A DNA stretch of 64,000 bases, from the IMG/VR virus record IMGVR_UViG_3300017792_000001, positions 168,697 to 232,696 of that record, one strand, 5' to 3'. The notes under the pieces were generated by a model. It had not been told where the DNA came from. It made no database searches and saw only the letters and a program-made list of their open reading frames with translations. The DNA comes from a virus (taxonomy: Duplodnaviria; Heunggongvirae; Uroviricota; Caudoviricetes). The position numbers were made by a program, and so were the translations under genes. Shown piece after piece: positions 55,820 through 64,000 of the stretch (its first letter is position 1; every line of letters begins with the position of its first letter).

Positions 55820-56476
55820 ATGGCGAAGAAGCCCTACAAAGGCATCACAAAAAGCCGCAGCAACACCAGCGGCCGTAAGTCTGCTGCAAAGCGTGAAGCT
55901 GAGAAAACGAAGGAACGCATGACGGAGCGCAAAGCCGTTCTGCATACGTCGAAGCGTAGCGGCAAGGAGCGACTCGCCAAAGGTGTTCCCTACAAACTGA
56001 AACGTCTGGAGGCAATGCCTGTACGGCAGCTTCCAGCGACAGCAGCCAATCAGAAAGGGCGCACGCTGCGTCAACTCATTCGTGGCACACCGAAGCTGTT
56101 CATCAACAACGCGGTGGACGTTGAAGCCAAGAAGATTGAGCGCAAGAAGACCAAGACCGGACGCCCCGTCATTATGGGGCAGATGGTTACTTGGGACCCG
56201 TGGCGTAAAGACCGTGTGCGCCGTGTGCATGATGCGTACATCATCGGTCTCGACGATGACCCAGACAAGCCGATCAACCGCCACCAGAAAGTCTTGGTGC
56301 AATGTTCGTGCGAGAACTTCGTCTACGTCTGGGAGTATGCGAATGCCACGGTTGGTGCGAGTCGCCTGATCTACTCGAACGGTGAGCCACCAAACTTCAC
56401 GAACCCGAAGCTCGCTGTTGGTCTATGCAAGCACTTGATCGCGCTCGCCAAGATCATCATGGAGAAAGACGTATGA
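55820..56476 (+). CDS. SWIM zinc-finger protein
   Basis: CSCENF...LCKHL; basic N-terminus. Confidence 0.75.
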   Translation: MAKKPYKGITKSRSNTSGRKSAAKREAEKTKERMTERKAVLHTSKRSGKERLAKGVPYKLKRLEAMPVRQLPATAANQKGRTLRQLIRGTPKLFINNAVDVEAKKIERKKTKTGRPVIMGQMVTWDPWRKDRVRRVHDAYIIGLDDDPDKPINRHQKVLVQCSCENFVYVWEYANATVGASRLIYSNGEPPNFTNPKLAVGLCKHLIALAKIIMEKDV

Positions 56477-57078
56477 GAACCAACGGTTGTTTGCAGCTGG
56501 ATGTTAGCCAGCAAAGCATCGTGTTCTTTCCGCACTACCAGATCGGCGACTACAGCGACCCTGTGATAATCAGTCATTCGCTGAGCGGCCCGAACGACAA
56601 GGTGATTCTGCTCACAAGCATGGCTCAAGCCCATGAGACATACGGACCCGGATCGTATGAGTACCCACTTGCATTCTGCCTGCGTGAGGCGTTGCGAGCT
56701 GGTGCTCCTGCAATCTGGGCTTTTTCGTCTAGCGAGCCTGACCTGTTTGACGCAATCCGAAGTCTGATCAAAGAGGGAGTCTACCCATTCGCGGCTGACC
56801 TCAAGATCATCTTCGAAGAATTGAATCTGGCTGCGATGAAGTACGTGCCCATTCCGTATGAGCCAGAACCAGAAGTCAACTACAGGTCTGTCTTCGCAAA
56901 CGCGAATGAGAGCCAGCGTCTTGACGCGCAGACAATGTTCACGGCATATCCTGACATTCATCTGCGCAACTACGGTACACCTGGACCCATCGGTCACTCC
57001 CCAGGTCCGAGCAATCCCAAACAAACCAAAGACTACCGCAATATCGGTAAGTCGTCGAACGCAAAGAAGCGGTGGTGA
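56473..57078 (+). CDS. Hypothetical protein
   Basis: 201 aa from MRTNG, ATGA overlap. Confidence 0.65.
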   Translation: MRTNGCLQLDVSQQSIVFFPHYQIGDYSDPVIISHSLSGPNDKVILLTSMAQAHETYGPGSYEYPLAFCLREALRAGAPAIWAFSSSEPDLFDAIRSLIKEGVYPFAADLKIIFEELNLAAMKYVPIPYEPEPEVNYRSVFANANESQRLDAQTMFTAYPDIHLRNYGTPGPIGHSPGPSNPKQTKDYRNIGKSSNAKKRW

Positions 57079-57081
57079 AGT

Positions 57082-57585
57082 ATGAGCGAACACGTCCAGT
57101 TGCTTGCAAAGAACATCGAAATCGACACGCTGCAAAAGACGGTGGTCAAGCTGAGTCTCGACCTCGCCACCGTTACGCACGAACAAGGGCTGCTCAAGAA
57201 TGCCTACAACCAGCTCAATGAAAACGCCGTGCAGCAAGCGGATCAAATGAGCAAAGCCAACGTTGCTCTGGTGCTGGAGAAGAACGCGGTTGAAGAAGCC
57301 CGCGGCCGTCAGCAAGAACGCATCCAGGAAATGGAAGACGACCTCACTGGGGTGCGCCACGAGAAAGACCGGCACGAAATCATCTACACCCACATCTTCT
57401 CCGAAATCAAGAACGGCAGTTCGATCATCATGCTGCCAGGCCATAAGTCTCTCGGCAAGGTCAAGAAAACCGACCTGCGGATTGAACTGAACTCAGGGCA
57501 CACGCTCTCTGGTATCGTCACGTACATCGACAACCTGTACCAGCAGATCGACAATCCAGAACTTCGGAGATTACTGCGCGCATGA
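57082..57585 (+). CDS. Coiled-coil hypothetical protein
   Basis: 167 aa ORF. Confidence 0.7.
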   Translation: MSEHVQLLAKNIEIDTLQKTVVKLSLDLATVTHEQGLLKNAYNQLNENAVQQADQMSKANVALVLEKNAVEEARGRQQERIQEMEDDLTGVRHEKDRHEIIYTHIFSEIKNGSSIIMLPGHKSLGKVKKTDLRIELNSGHTLSGIVTYIDNLYQQIDNPELRRLLRA

Positions 57586-58601
57586 GCATAGACAAGAACC
57601 TCACTGGAGAACAAATCCAGAAGGTCATGGATATGCTGCTGTACAAAGCGCTTGAACCTATCATGCTTCACTCGAATGTGTTTGATGCACAGGTGTCCCA
57701 CATCCTCACGACAGTAACGACAAACCGTAAGCGCAAGTTGTCCAGCGTGCCGCGGGAGTTGCTGACTGAGAACTTGGCCGCTGTGCTCGCACGCAATGAC
57801 GGTGCAACCAAGTTCAAGACGTTTCGTGAATGCCGCATTGAACGCTCCTTCATTCACTGCTTCATCAAGCGGTTTCTGGAGGTCAACCATGAATTTCTGG
57901 ACGTGTATCGTGCGTGGCTGATTGATCCGACCAGCGAGCGCAAGAACCACGTAGACAATCTGGCGTATGTCCACGGCGGGTGTCACAAGCGGGCAGATAT
58001 GTACCGCATCATGACGCACAGCGCAGACTACCTGGACAAGTTCTACGCATTCCGCGCCAGCGTACTCGACAACTACCTGCGTCATTCATCGACCCAGGCC
58101 AAGTCGCACGTCGCTGCAAACTCACACAACCAACTGAGCTTCTCCGACCTCAAGCAATCAATTTTGAAGGCTATGGTCGTCGCTCTCGATAAGTACGACA
58201 GCAGTAAGGGCGCACTCACCACGTACATCAACTGGTGGGTTCTAAATGCCCAGACGTGCAGTGCTGATCACGAATATGGTGTCGCATATACCGTACCTCA
58301 AAGCCAGCGCCGCCGGCTCGCCGAAGGCAAAAGCAATGAGGTTAATTTCAGCGTCTCGCTTGATGCGTTGAAGAAACCGGGTGATGAAGATGACCGCTCG
58401 TTGTACTCGTCCTTGTCGGACGGGCATTTCATGGATGAAGATTTCGAGCGGCTGGAAAGTCAGCAACTGGTGCAGTTGTTAGCCAAGGAAGTCGATAGAG
58501 GTGGAGTCGCCCGATTGACTCTGGACATCGGAGAATTTTTCACCAAAGAAGAACGTGAACTCATGCGCCGTCACACGCAAGAGGAAACTGTTAATAACTA
58601 A
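57582..58601 (+). CDS. Phage sigma-70-family factor
   Basis: Region-2-like DLKQ...ALDKYDSSKGALTTYINWWV; region-3-like VSLD. Confidence 0.7.
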   Translation: MSIDKNLTGEQIQKVMDMLLYKALEPIMLHSNVFDAQVSHILTTVTTNRKRKLSSVPRELLTENLAAVLARNDGATKFKTFRECRIERSFIHCFIKRFLEVNHEFLDVYRAWLIDPTSERKNHVDNLAYVHGGCHKRADMYRIMTHSADYLDKFYAFRASVLDNYLRHSSTQAKSHVAANSHNQLSFSDLKQSILKAMVVALDKYDSSKGALTTYINWWVLNAQTCSADHEYGVAYTVPQSQRRRLAEGKSNEVNFSVSLDALKKPGDEDDRSLYSSLSDGHFMDEDFERLESQQLVQLLAKEVDRGGVARLTLDIGEFFTKEERELMRRHTQEETVNN

Positions 58602-58627
58602 CATATACAAACCAGGAGTCATCAAAC

Positions 58628-59902
58628 ATGAGTGGATTTGGAAACATCCAGCCACGCACAGGTAACAAGGATTCTGTTCGTCTGGAAGAAGTCATTAAGA
58701 TGCACAAATGGCCCGCCGACGAATGGAGCCAAGTGCGTTTCATGCCAGGCAAGATTCTGCCAGTTAAGCGTCACTGGATCAGCATCATCGCAGGCAAAGA
58801 CAAGAAAGAAATCACGATCCCTCGTTATTGCCTGGCGTTCGACAACAACAACGAGAACGAGCCGCGTAAAGACGCGAAGGGCAAGCCGATCAAATGCCCG
58901 TACTGCGACCTGGCTCACGGCCAAGACGCAAGCGCTCGTTACGAGTTCTTCTACCTGGCCAACGCGATCATCCGTGAAGTGCAGGAAGATATGCCTGCTC
59001 GCGCCAAGAAGATCGAGCGCACCAAGGAAGAAAAGAAGACTGGCTTCAAGGACATCAGATCGAAGTCCTGGACCCCGGTAGAAGTTTGTCGTATCACCTC
59101 GACGGTCGCGAACCGCATCAAAGAGCTGGGCGACGGCAACTTCGTCAAGAAGGGTGGCGAGAAGAAAGCCTTCGACGTTACTCACCCGAAATACGGTATC
59201 GACATCCGCGTCAAGTACAAGCCGAAAGCATCCGGCACCGAGAAGTACAGCGCTGACAAAGACGACCGCACTCCGCTGACCGACGACGAGTTGAAGTACC
59301 TGATCTGGCGCCTCGACGAAACCCTGATCGACGTGACCGGCCGCATGGAACCTGCGCAGGCTCTCGAAGACTTCAAGCGCATGGAAGTTGTCGGTGCTGA
59401 CGAAGTTGACGACGACAGCGAAGGCTACAGCCTGGGCGACGACGACGGCAAGAAGAAAAAGAAGAAGGGCGACAAGAAGAAAAAGTCGGCCGCCTTCGAT
59501 GATGACGATGACGATGACGAGCCTAAGAAAGGCAAGAAATCATCCAAGTCCTCGAAGTCTTCCAAGAAGTCGAAAGAAGATGATGCTCCGAAGAAAAAGA
59601 AAAAGGCCAAGCCTGCTTTCTCTGACGACGATGATGACGACGATGACGAGCCGAAGAAAAGCAAGAAATCTTCCGGCGACAAGAAGTCCAAGTCGAAAGA
59701 CAAGGTGAAGTCGAAGAAATCTTCTTCTGACGACGCACCGAAGAAGAAAAAGAAGGCCAAGAAAGAGGAAGACGAGCCGAAGAAGAAAAAGAAATCTTCT
59801 GACAGCAAGAAGTCCTCGAAGTCTTCCAAGGACAAGAAGGCCGACAAGCCAAGCTCCAAGAAAGGCAAGAAGAAATCTGCCTGGGACGATGACGACGAAT
59901 AA
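58628..59902 (+). CDS. Single-stranded DNA-binding protein (gp32-like) with long K/D-block tail
   Basis: VRFMP, CPYC, FDVTHPKYGID; directly upstream of RecA. Confidence 0.6.
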   Translation: MSGFGNIQPRTGNKDSVRLEEVIKMHKWPADEWSQVRFMPGKILPVKRHWISIIAGKDKKEITIPRYCLAFDNNNENEPRKDAKGKPIKCPYCDLAHGQDASARYEFFYLANAIIREVQEDMPARAKKIERTKEEKKTGFKDIRSKSWTPVEVCRITSTVANRIKELGDGNFVKKGGEKKAFDVTHPKYGIDIRVKYKPKASGTEKYSADKDDRTPLTDDELKYLIWRLDETLIDVTGRMEPAQALEDFKRMEVVGADEVDDDSEGYSLGDDDGKKKKKKGDKKKKSAAFDDDDDDDEPKKGKKSSKSSKSSKKSKEDDAPKKKKKAKPAFSDDDDDDDDEPKKSKKSSGDKKSKSKDKVKSKKSSSDDAPKKKKKAKKEEDEPKKKKKSSDSKKSSKSSKDKKADKPSSKKGKKKSAWDDDDE

Positions 59903-59951
59903 GTAGGGAGGGTGGGCTTCGGCTCACCCATTCTCGTTTCTGGAGATACGC

Positions 59952-61433
59952 ATGGCTAAGTCGAAAAAGAAGGACGTCGCTGTTATTGACGTCTCGGGAG
60001 ATTCAGTCCCGTCGAAGAAGAAAGGCAAGAAGGGTAAAGCCCTTGCCGAGGTTGCACCGTTCAATCCCTATGCTCACTTGGGCACTGAGATTGACGCGAT
60101 GGAAAAGAAGTTCGGCCTGACGTCGATGGCAGTGAGCGAATCGGAAGATCGCCTGTCCACCGGCCTCCTGTCGATTGACGTGAACCTCGCTGGTGGTCTG
60201 CTGCCGGGTGGCTGGTACACGTTCTTCGGTGGTGAACAGTCGTGTAAGTCCACGCTCGCCACCACAGCAATGGGTTCGATTGCAACTAACGCCACGTTCC
60301 AAGGCATTGGTGCAATGTTCGACTACGAAGGTTCGTTCCAGGCTGACTACGCCGAGAACATCTTCAAGTACATGAACCACGGCAAGCGCATTTCGGTTGA
60401 TAACGTCTTCGGCGTGAAAGACCAGAAGGGTTGGGTTATCCCACCGCGCGTTCGCTACTACGCACCGTCTGTTGGTGAAGACTTCTACAACTGGCTCGCC
60501 AAGCTTGAGAAGACTCTGCCAGACCTGATTCAAGAAGATGGCAAGTTCTACTACATCTTCGAGAACACCAAGGTCAACCAGAAGGCGCTGTCCGGCAAGT
60601 ACGACAAGGACTTCTTCCGTCGTGAAGGTAAGTTCCGTCTGCCTGCCCCGAACGGTATGCCGCAAGCGGTCGTACTCGTTGACTCGTATCCTGCGATGGT
60701 CCCTAAACAGACCGACGACAAGGACGAGGGCGACAAGTCCCTGGGTTCACAAGCCCGTATGCACGCTGCAAACTTGCCGCGTGTGAAAGGCGCAATGCGT
60801 TCGAAGCGGATCATCGTGCTGGGTATCAACCAGTTGCGTGACATCCCGATGGCCATGTACGGCCCGACCGAACAAGAACCTGGCGGTAAAGCGCTGCGCT
60901 TCTACTCCGACTGTCGTTTGAAGATGACTTCGGTCAGCGTTCCCCACGCCAAAGGCCAGTTCGAGGAAGAAGACACAATCTCCGGTGAAGGTGCTGACAA
61001 GTACCGCTACCTGAAGTGCAAGGTGCAGAAGAACAAACTCGGTGGCCCACAAGCCGCTGAAATCTCGCTGCGCATTCGCGTTTCGGACGCCGATGGTAAC
61101 GCCTCCGGTTTCTGCCGGTGCTGGGACGCATACCAGTACCTGAAGATGACTGGGCAACTCGGTGGCAATCGCAAGAAGCTCAAGTTCCTGACTGGCCCGC
61201 TCGAAGGCATCACTGTCTCCTGGCTCCAGTTCAAGGCCCTGATCGACGGCGATGCAGCGATGATCAAGAAAGGCTGCGAGAAGCTGAAAGTGAAACCGTT
61301 CCGCTTGTACGAATGGTGTCGCAAACAGGTTGTCGAGAAGCAAGCCTATCCTCTGCTCAAGGCTGCCATCAAAGCCGAGAACACCAAGTCCAAGCAGCCT
61401 GCGGAAATCGCTGAGGGTGCTGACGAGGAGTGA
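59952..61433 (+). CDS. recA: RecA/UvsX-like recombinase
   Basis: LSTGLLSIDVNLAGG, GGEQSCKST, DYEGS, LVDS, INQLR, PGGKALRFYS, KNK. Confidence 0.92.
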   Translation: MAKSKKKDVAVIDVSGDSVPSKKKGKKGKALAEVAPFNPYAHLGTEIDAMEKKFGLTSMAVSESEDRLSTGLLSIDVNLAGGLLPGGWYTFFGGEQSCKSTLATTAMGSIATNATFQGIGAMFDYEGSFQADYAENIFKYMNHGKRISVDNVFGVKDQKGWVIPPRVRYYAPSVGEDFYNWLAKLEKTLPDLIQEDGKFYYIFENTKVNQKALSGKYDKDFFRREGKFRLPAPNGMPQAVVLVDSYPAMVPKQTDDKDEGDKSLGSQARMHAANLPRVKGAMRSKRIIVLGINQLRDIPMAMYGPTEQEPGGKALRFYSDCRLKMTSVSVPHAKGQFEEEDTISGEGADKYRYLKCKVQKNKLGGPQAAEISLRIRVSDADGNASGFCRCWDAYQYLKMTGQLGGNRKKLKFLTGPLEGITVSWLQFKALIDGDAAMIKKGCEKLKVKPFRLYEWCRKQVVEKQAYPLLKAAIKAENTKSKQPAEIAEGADEE

Positions 61434-61461
61434 TCTGCTCGCTGCCTGATTTTTGATCAAC

Positions 61462-61545
61462 TTGACTTCGATTTTGTGATGTGATACAATGACTTGCTGA
61501 TCGAAGTCGAGCTTGATTCATATTGGTTACGCGATTAGGTTAGGT
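61462..61545 (+). promoter_or_regulatory. Sigma70-type promoter plus conserved downstream box
   Basis: TTGACT-N17-TACAAT with TGn; TGGTT-N7-TAGGT-T-AGG 34 nt downstream. Confidence 0.7.
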
Positions 61546-61699
61546 TTATGCGACATAAAAAGTTTGCAAGGTATATTGCAACTCCAGTCACCGAGCATGA
61601 TGCTTTGTGCCTGCAAATCCAGCGCTCATATTCGGCGCTGCAACCTGATGGGCGAGTAAGTAATTTACTCACTTGTCACTTTGGCTACAGGGGATTGCC

Positions 61700-62854
61700 A
61701 TGTTAGACTCTTACATCAAAGAGTTGGATAAGAAACACGCAGACAAAACCAACACCGACACCACTCCACAGGAAGTGCCGCAAACGTTGGTCATCTTGTA
61801 TAAGCTGGCATCGAAGTTGAATCAGTTCATCACTGTGGAACTGCTCAAGCCAGAAACCAAGATGTATCCCAGGTCTTTGAAGGCCGTCTTGGTTCCACTT
61901 ATCGAAGGTATCGACGCATCCGACCAGCAGTTGAAAACGCTGCGCGTTGGTGCTGACACTCGGGCTACCGTGCCTGAAGGCTTCAACAAAATCCTCAGCC
62001 GCCTGAATCGGGTGTCTGTCGAGATTGCGAACGCCACGATCTACGCCGATAAGGAAGAACGTCTCACCCGCCGGGAACTCATGCAGATTTACCATGATTC
62101 GTTCCCGTTCGCCGACTTGAAACAGGCGCTCGAAAAGCACATCGAACTCGTCCGTGCCAATCGCTTGAAAGAGCGTATGCACCTGACTCACACTGACCGC
62201 GACAACATCGTTGCTGATGGCAAGCCGTACACGCCACCTGCAAACGAAAGTGAAGCGAACAAGGTGCTGCGTCAACAGGCTGAACTGCGCCGGAAATCGG
62301 CAATGGGTACAGCACTGGGTCAGAAGATCGACAGCTACAAGCGCGCTTACTCCAAACTGCCCACCTCGCTGAAAGGCCTGCCATTCGCAGCACTCCGGAT
62401 GCCGATTGTCCCTGACTTCAAGGACATGGGGTTGCAGATTGAACCAGAGAAGAAGTTGAAGTCCCTGGGTTTCAAAGTCACCGTACTGTCCGATGCGTTC
62501 GTCGTACTCGAAGACCAATTCCTCCTCGCGTTCGACCACAAGCAACTCGACATCGATACAGGCGTGCGCAAGAACAAGGCAGGCGCTTTCGTCGTCGTTC
62601 GCAAGACCGGCCCGAAAGAAACCCTTGAACACAACGAGACAACCGACAAGTTGCTCAAGTTCATTGACAGCATCAACGAGAAAAGCCACGAACGTTACGC
62701 TCTAGGCTCGACGGTGTTTGTTCCAAACCCACGTAACTCAAAGCTGTGGCTGGCTTGGGTAGTGCGTGAGAATCAGCGCAAAGGTATTGCGCAGATGGCA
62801 TCAACGGTAGAAGCAGGCTGGGGCTTGCCCCTCAGTATCCTCGAAAATGAGTAA
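61700..62854 (+). CDS. Hypothetical protein
   Basis: About 384 aa from MLDSY. Confidence 0.75.
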   Translation: MLDSYIKELDKKHADKTNTDTTPQEVPQTLVILYKLASKLNQFITVELLKPETKMYPRSLKAVLVPLIEGIDASDQQLKTLRVGADTRATVPEGFNKILSRLNRVSVEIANATIYADKEERLTRRELMQIYHDSFPFADLKQALEKHIELVRANRLKERMHLTHTDRDNIVADGKPYTPPANESEANKVLRQQAELRRKSAMGTALGQKIDSYKRAYSKLPTSLKGLPFAALRMPIVPDFKDMGLQIEPEKKLKSLGFKVTVLSDAFVVLEDQFLLAFDHKQLDIDTGVRKNKAGAFVVVRKTGPKETLEHNETTDKLLKFIDSINEKSHERYALGSTVFVPNPRNSKLWLAWVVRENQRKGIAQMASTVEAGWGLPLSILENE

Positions 62855-63362
62855 GCAGGAGAAGTATCAGGAAGGGTTGTGTTTGATCTGCACCCGACAC
62901 TTCTCTACGCTGCACTGGCACCACACAGTACCGCAAGCACTTGGCGGCAAGGACAGTTTGCAGATTCCACTCTGCGGTTCTTGTCACACGCAACTCCATG
63001 CGCATGCGGAGGGAATCGTTGCCCAACAACGTGGTGGCCGGAAGATAGGTCGCAACTACTGGACCGATCACACGCAAGAAGAAAATGCAAAACCCTACTT
63101 AGAAATACTCGTGACATCCATCATGAACGCTCCAGCTTCTCTCGCAGGGAAGATGTACATGATCCAGTCGCGCATTCCAGCTGAGGTGCATCGTGCGCTT
63201 CATCTGTACAAGATGGATTCAGGGCTTCGGAACCTAGACCAAGCTCTGCTACTATGTCTCTCAGAGACACTCAAGAAAAAGGGTTATCTAAATGGAAATG
63301 ACAAACCGGACTCGTCGTCAAGTAAAGGCGAGCCTAAAAAGCCAGCAGCCCCTCTGTGGTGA
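62847..63362 (+). CDS. HNH endonuclease-like protein
   Basis: CLIC...HHTVP..LGG...LCGSCH. Confidence 0.75.
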   Translation: MSKQEKYQEGLCLICTRHFSTLHWHHTVPQALGGKDSLQIPLCGSCHTQLHAHAEGIVAQQRGGRKIGRNYWTDHTQEENAKPYLEILVTSIMNAPASLAGKMYMIQSRIPAEVHRALHLYKMDSGLRNLDQALLLCLSETLKKKGYLNGNDKPDSSSSKGEPKKPAAPLW

Positions 63363-64000
63363 CTGCGTAGGACTCAAATGCGAAAAGTTGATTGGTGACA
63401 ACAAGCAGGTTTGCTCCAAGTTAGGTAAGACAGCGACGTCCAAAACGTGCCCGCATTTCATCGCCGACACGAAACCCCTCCAGCCGTTGCTCAAGCGCGA
63501 TGCCTTCGACGCTTTGTCACGACTGCTCCAGGAAATTCCCAAAGACGCACTCCGCAATGTCGCCTCGTTGTTGTACAATGAGAAGAAGACACGGGCTGCC
63601 GGGTATTTCTTCGGCCAGAAAGTTTACGTGCGTTATCGCGGTGCAGCAAACGCCGACTACCTGAGCAACTTCATGATCGCTCGGGTCATGTCCGTAAACA
63701 GCGAATTCATTCGCCTCACCTCGCAAGACGGTAAGTGCAACCTCACCTTCATGAAGAAGACCTGTCAGGAGATTATCCTGTCGGTTGACGAGTTCGACGA
63801 ACTCCGGAAGAAGATGGTTGCCAAGGGTCGTCTCGTTGACCCTGACGTCAAGAAGCTCATTGCCAAGAAGTACCGAGCCGAGGAGGAGTACGAACTGAAC
63901 ATGAACAGCGAGAGCGCTGGTGGTCAAGTCACGACCATCGACTCCGTGTTCAAAGAAAACAACCTCCCACGTCGCAAGCCCAAGAAGACCGTCGATCTGG
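63292..64000 (+). CDS. Hypothetical Cys-rich protein (partial, runs off right edge)
   Basis: Missing from the ORF track; open frame MEMTNRTRRQ...LCGDCVGLKC...CPHF; frame read without stops over the part translated by hand. Confidence 0.7.
   Translation, partial: MEMTNRTRRQVKASLKSQQPLCGDCVGLKCEKLIGDNKQVCSKLGKTATSKTCPHFIADTKPLQPLLKRDAFDALSRLLQEIPKDALRNVASLLYNEKKTRAAGYFFGQKVYVRYRGAANADYLSNFMIARVMSVNSEFIRLTSQDGKCNLTFMKKTCQEIILSVDEFDELRKKMVAKGRLVDPDVKKLIAKKYRAEEEYELNMNSESAGGQVTTIDSVFKENNLPRRKPKKTVDL

Overview
This window is part of a large lytic dsDNA (jumbo-type) phage genome of about 55% GC. Gene content and style suggest a Pseudomonas PaBG/Lu11- or Ralstonia RSL1-like phage; that is an inference and was not database-checked. 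From 1 to 27.6 kb genes lie mostly on the minus strand: a histone H1-like protein, SbcD/SbcC, a DHH phosphoesterase and a DnaX clamp loader, then a tightly coupled candidate DNA base-modification operon (GNAT, Asn-synthetase-like ligase, zincin, amino-methyltransferase, PLP fold-II enzyme, dCMP-type thymidylate-synthase homologue). Next come small accessory genes, a tRNA island (2x Lys, Asp) with aberrant tRNA-like and highly structured non-coding elements, a Tad2-like fusion, and about 1.4 kb of non-coding DNA rich in GNA-triloop mini-hairpins and direct repeats (origin candidate). From 27.7 to 64 kb genes lie mostly on the plus strand: RuvC-like resolvase, primase (minus strand), Cas4-like nuclease, type IIA topoisomerase B/A, early genes behind sigma70 promoters sharing a conserved downstream box, 5'-3' exonuclease, a degenerate ligase, many very basic or very acidic low-complexity proteins, SWIM protein, sigma factor, SSB, RecA and HNH. 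The strongest leads are the modification operon, the structured RNA island, and the systematic Lys-rich terminal tags on DNA-metabolism proteins.
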